Source: Octopus sinensis (taxonomy: Eukaryota). Taken from it: a DNA stretch of 64,000 nt. Shown here one piece after another: positions 59,711 through 64,000 of this stretch. Positions within the stretch are counted from its first letter, which is position 1; each line of letters opens with the position of its first letter. The stretch covers positions 90,210,001-90,274,000 of the forward strand of contig NC_042998.1 of the NCBI RefSeq assembly GCF_006345805.1, written 5' to 3'. The notes below the pieces were generated by a model, which searched no databases, was not told the origin of the DNA, and saw only the letters and a list, made by a program, of their open reading frames with translations. A program made the position numbers and the translations under genes.

Positions 59711-60141
59711 ATGAGCTAAGAAATCCTCCCACTGAGGAGGAGGAAGAAATAATTCCGAAAAGAACGGAAGAAAGTAAAGTGCTGCTGTTTCCAACTAACA
59801 AGGCCAATGAACCAACAGAGCGAAACAATTACATAACTCGAACTACACATCTAGTAAAACCTCAATGGTTTTTGAAACGTGTACCATCACAGCTAAAAGA
59901 TCACAAAAACCTTTCAGGTGGTCCAGAAGCGTATTTGAACATTCCCATATCAAACAGTAGCTCCAGTACTTTCGTAGTGAATAAGATCGCTTGGGAATCT
60001 GAAAGAACGACTAGAGGCATAAACGGTTCGGAATCTTACACAGAGTCGATGTCTCGTCAATGTTTACCTTCGCTATTATTAGTTTCTGTCACATTGATGG
60101 TATCTCTCTGTGTGAGACTTCAGTTATTTAAAAACTACTAA
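59711..60141 (+). CDS. Ly6/uPAR-like protein, last coding exon (long stalk plus GPI signal or C-terminal hydrophobic segment)
   Basis: Acceptor TTCTTTTCAG|, phase 1, joins exon 3 in frame (G|AT = Asp). Open to TAA at 60139-60141: DELRNPPTEEEEE...GINGSESYTESMSRQCLPSLLLVSVTLMVSLCVRLQLFKNY. Spliced CDS 79+153+129+431 = 792 nt = 263 aa plus stop. Confidence 0.85.
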
Positions 60142-60323
60142 TTTAAAATCAGTCTAATCTTTAACCCAAGCAATTGTTAATTGTAAAAAGGGACTTTTTC
60201 TAATTCATTTTTTTCCCCTTTCGGGAAGTGAGAATGGGGGTAAGTTGTTTCTAGTGTACTTTTCACTCGCTTTTAGACATTGTGTGTGTGTGTGTGTGTG
60301 CGTATGTGTGTGTGTGTGTGTGC

Positions 60324-60399
<76 letters not shown>

Positions 60400-61276
60400 T
60401 AGAACCTGCTCGGCTGCAAAGCTGGACTAATTTGACGAAAATTTTACGCTCGCTCATGTATACCACTTAACCAGTTTCACACATTACTAATGGAATTAAA
60501 CTGATGACCAGTAACATTATTCCCGTTGCTGAGGTTGAAGTTGAAGTCATAACGAATATTTAGCCCAGTAACAGTATTTTAACTCAGCACCGAAAAGTGA
60601 CAAAATATTGGTTTCTTGCAACTGGACTAAAATGCCTTATGCGTGGAAATGAAGTGTAATTGTTTCAATCAAGAATCGAAACTGGCTGCTCAGTCTCGGC
60701 ACATCAAGATCTTATCTGTTGCCTTCTGGAGCTCACCCAATTCTAAGACAAACTGATTTCTGATTTAAGCAATAAATATTTTAAGTAGAATAAAATTGTG
60801 TATCTTCATGCCTTTCTCGACTGTGGTAATAATGTAAGTGGTGTAGCCTTGCTAATCATGTGGCTAGAGTGTGTGCCGGCTGAGGCAGCCCTTGAATTTA
60901 CCACCCCGCCTCCAATACAGGCTTATACAGCATCAAAAGTGCGTCCCACATAAAAGTGTCACCCGGGGTGAACTATCCCTCATCGCCCTCGCTATCAAGG
61001 CTTCTGATTTTAGCGTCGATCGAAACTAGGAGTGAAATAAACGTAAACTGCTAAAACTCATAGCCCAGTTTAAGAACACTAATTTATCCTTCTTTACCTT
61101 TAGAGGAGTTCACTTTATTGCAAGAATTCGAGCAAGGTCTTCGAACTGAGAATAACTTCCTTCCCTCCTACCAATCTTAGAAGCCCTGAAAAGTATCACT
61201 GGGCTACTCTTTCTCATTTGACTATAACTTCAAAAATATTTAGCTTCACCTTGAGAGTTGAAACTAGTTCTTAGTG

Positions 61277-61590
61277 AAGGCGCGTGACGTAGTGGTCAGG
61301 GTATTCAGCTCACGATTGTAAAGCCATGAGTTTGATTCCAGGCGGTGCATTGTGTCCTTACGCAAGACACTTATTTCTCGTTGCTCCAGTCCACTCAGCA
61401 GGCAAAAATGAGTAGTATCTGTATTTCAAAGGGCCAGCCTTGTCACATTCTGTGTCACGCTGAATCTCCCTGAAAACAACGTTAAACGTACGCGTGTCTG
61501 TGAAGTACTCAGTCACACGTTAATTTCACGAGTAGGCTATTCCGTTGTTCGGATCAGCTGAGACACCCGTCGTCGTAACCGACAGAGTGC
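61277..61590 (+). mobile_element. SINE family 3, long copy
   Basis: Head as at 44050, tail ..CCCGTCGTCGTAACCGAC; the tail also occurs reversed at about 47500-47560. Confidence 0.75.
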
Positions 61591-61987
61591 CAATTAGAGA
61601 TAACTTCTTGTATCTGATTCCAGTCTGCACCCACTCCATTTCCTTTACACCACTAATACATTTTGAGAAAATCAAATGCATCATCCAATCTCATCCCCCT
61701 CCTCGCCTCTTCCAATTAATTTACCTAATCGACTACACTGTTAATTAGATATCACTCTGTTTCATTTGTGCACGGTTACTTTTACAGACTTTTAAAATTA
61801 ACACAGGACATCTGTTTCTTAAGAATATAGAAGTAGGATGCCATAATATTCATGCATTATCCACACATTAGCGATGTTGTAAAATGTGACATCCTTACAA
61901 CCGGGATCTAAACTGGACTCAAACTGCAGGTCACTGAAAACTAATATTTTTTCCACATTTATTTCATAAAATCACCATAATTTTACA

Positions 61988-62375
61988 ACGGCGAGCTAGC
62001 AGAAACGTTAGCACGCCGGGCGAAATGCGTAACCGTATTTCGTCTGCCGTTTCGTTCTGAGTTCAAATTCCGCCGAGGTTGACTTTGCCTTTCATCCTTT
62101 CGAGATCGATAAATTAACTACCAGTTACGCACTGGTGTCGATGTAATCGACTTAATCCGATTGTCTGTCCTTGTTTATCCCCTCTGTGTGCAGCCCCTTG
62201 TGGGCAGTAAAGAAATAGGTATTTCGTCTGTCTTTACGTTCTGAGTTCAAATTCCGCCGAGGTCAACTTTGCCTTTCATCCTTTCGGGGTCGATAAATTA
62301 AGTACCAGTTGTGTATTGGGGTCGATCTAATCGACTGGCCCTCTCTCTCAAAATTTCGGGCCTTGAGCCTGGAGT
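61988..62375 (+). mobile_element. SINE family 2, head-to-tail dimer
   Basis: GGCGAGCTAGCAGAAACGTTAGC head with B-box GAGTTCAAATTCC. The central GACTTTGCCTTTCATCCTTTCG..GTCGATAAA block occurs twice. Confidence 0.85.
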
Positions 62376-63067
62376 AAAAAATAAATTACCATAATTTTCC
62401 CCCAAATGCTGATACAAATATTGTTTCTGATTTAGAAACAAGGTCGAGGATAAGTCGATGCCGTTAGCCCTGATAGTTTGTTAACGACCCCGAAAGGGGC
62501 GAAAGTGAACCTCGGTGGAATTTGAACTCCGAACGTTAAGAGCCAAAGCAAACATAACAAAGTATTTTATACACGCTTTGCTGATTCCGCCAATCCACCA
62601 CTCAGAACTATAAAAAGGGTAGCATAAATGAACCCAAATACTTAGTTGCCTATGAAGTGGTTAGAGCTAATAATGATTTCTTTCAAGTAACACAACACCA
62701 CATTTGTGGCATTTAGTATTTGATATTCGACTTACATTACATTCCTAGAGCAAATTGTACAGACTCTGTCGATGAAGTGAAAGACAGAGATGATCTTAGC
62801 GAAGTTTAAACATACAAGGAAATAAGAAAACCGCAAGACATTCACTTCAGATCAGCACTCTGCCATGACACCAACTAGAAAGCCTTCGACAACCAAGATA
62901 GGGGAAATTTGTCTTGTTTTGTTTTGTTTTGTTTTGTTTTTTTATCAGGAGCGAATTACAGTTTTATAGGAAACTGTGGTAGAACATCTGTGTTGCAAAT
63001 AAGTTCAATCTTTAATTTTACAAATTCATGAGTACGTATTACAGTGTCGGTATTAAAGTTAATGCGG

Positions 63068-63303
63068 ACGGCGAGCTGGCAGAAACGTTAGCACGTCGGG
63101 CGAAATGCTTAGCAGTATTTCGTCTGCCGCTACGTTCTGAGTTCAAATTCCGCCGAGGTCGACTTTGCCTTTCATCCTTTCGGGGTCGATTAAATAAGTA
63201 CCAGTTACGCACTGGGGACGATATAATCGACTTAATCCGTTTGTCTGTCCTTGTTTGTCCTCTCTGCGTTTAGCCCCTTGTGGGTAGTAAAGAAATAGGT
63301 ATT
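63068..63303 (+). mobile_element. SINE family 2, monomer
   Basis: Nearly identical to the first half of 61988-62375. Confidence 0.9.
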
Positions 63304-63404
63304 AAAGTTAAAATTTTCACATGGATTTTAGAAATTTCCTCAGCGAATGTTTTCAATTTTGAATGCAAACGTAATTTCGTTCGTGGATGCCGATTTCCAG
63401 CTCT

Positions 63405-63545
63405 ATGCTAGAAATAACTGTCAAATCTTCTTCAAATCACATCTTTGCGTATTTAAAAAAAAAGGAAGGAAACATAATATAATGTAATCCTATTTATACA
63501 AACCGACAGGATGGTCATGACTACAAAAGATTTCATCACATATCT
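63405..63545 (+). repeat. Old dispersed repeat family 4 (GCTAGAAATA..CAAATCT..TCAAATCACA motif)
   Basis: Diverged similar segments near 4700, 13230, 28495, 55200-55340 (-) and 57630-57720 (-). Confidence 0.55.
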
Positions 63546-63689
63546 TCCCCTTATGTTAACTTTCTCGTTGTAGCTCTCTTTTAGTCTCTCCCCTTGTATA
63601 TACGACGTGAGCAGACTTGTGAAATCAACATTATATCGGCTATTATGTAGAATATAACTTAATAATTATTTCTACTCTAGACATAAGAC

Positions 63690-63886
63690 TTTGAAAATTT
63701 TGGTGGGAAGCGGACGAGTCGATTACATCGATCTCAGTGCGTAACTGGTACTTATTTCATCGACCCCGGAAGAAGGAAAGGCAATGTCGACCTCGGCGGA
63801 ATTTGAACTCAGAACGTTGCGGCATACGGAATATCGCTAAGTATTTCGCGCGATGTGCTAACGAATCTGCCAGCTCACCGCCTTGG
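63690..63886 (-). mobile_element. SINE family 2
   Basis: Reverse complement of the family 2 consensus. Further diverged copies lie near 2580, 11293, 11533, 11985, 21918, 25180, 34390, 38447, 48850, 49394 and 57765. Confidence 0.85.
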
Positions 63887-64000
63887 CAATATATCTTAAT
63901 AACTATACAGAAATGAGTAAGAAGATGGGTTTTTTTTTATCTCTTTATTTATTTATTAACAGATATAAAAGATCTAAATCTTCCTGGGGAAAGGAGAGGA

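Overview
Eukaryotic, AT-rich, microsatellite-saturated genomic DNA. The SINE families look like those of Octopus; this is recognised from memory, not from a search. Most ORF-track entries are translated microsatellites. One host gene can be assembled by eye: a 4-coding-exon + strand gene (41073-41151, 46829-46981, 54534-54662, 59711-60141; 263 aa; all introns phase 1, GT-AG). It encodes a signal peptide, a 10-Cys Ly6/uPAR (three-finger, quiver/sleepless-like) domain, an unusually long stalk (about 110 aa) and a GPI-type C-terminal signal. Intron 2 holds a near-intact antisense CR1-group LINE (APE+RT) whose 3' tail is shared, with compensatory stem changes, with the commonest SINE in the window. 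The rest is transposon debris: three or more SINE families, RTE, Penelope-like, mariner, MITE, CRE-like, HERO-like and R4/Dong-like fragments. The most notable items are (i) a stack of same-orientation R4/Dong-like restriction-like-endonuclease retroelement 3' ends inside one (TACA)n array (34.8-36.6 kb), suggesting microsatellite-targeted retrotransposition; (ii) a candidate full type I hammerhead ribozyme with an extended stem I at 32735-32830, plus minimal Penelope-type hammerheads; (iii) the stalked Ly6 protein; (iv) the LINE-SINE tail pair. Family names and clade assignments come from motif recognition and need database confirmation. Repeat boundaries are approximate unless a TSD or TIR is quoted.
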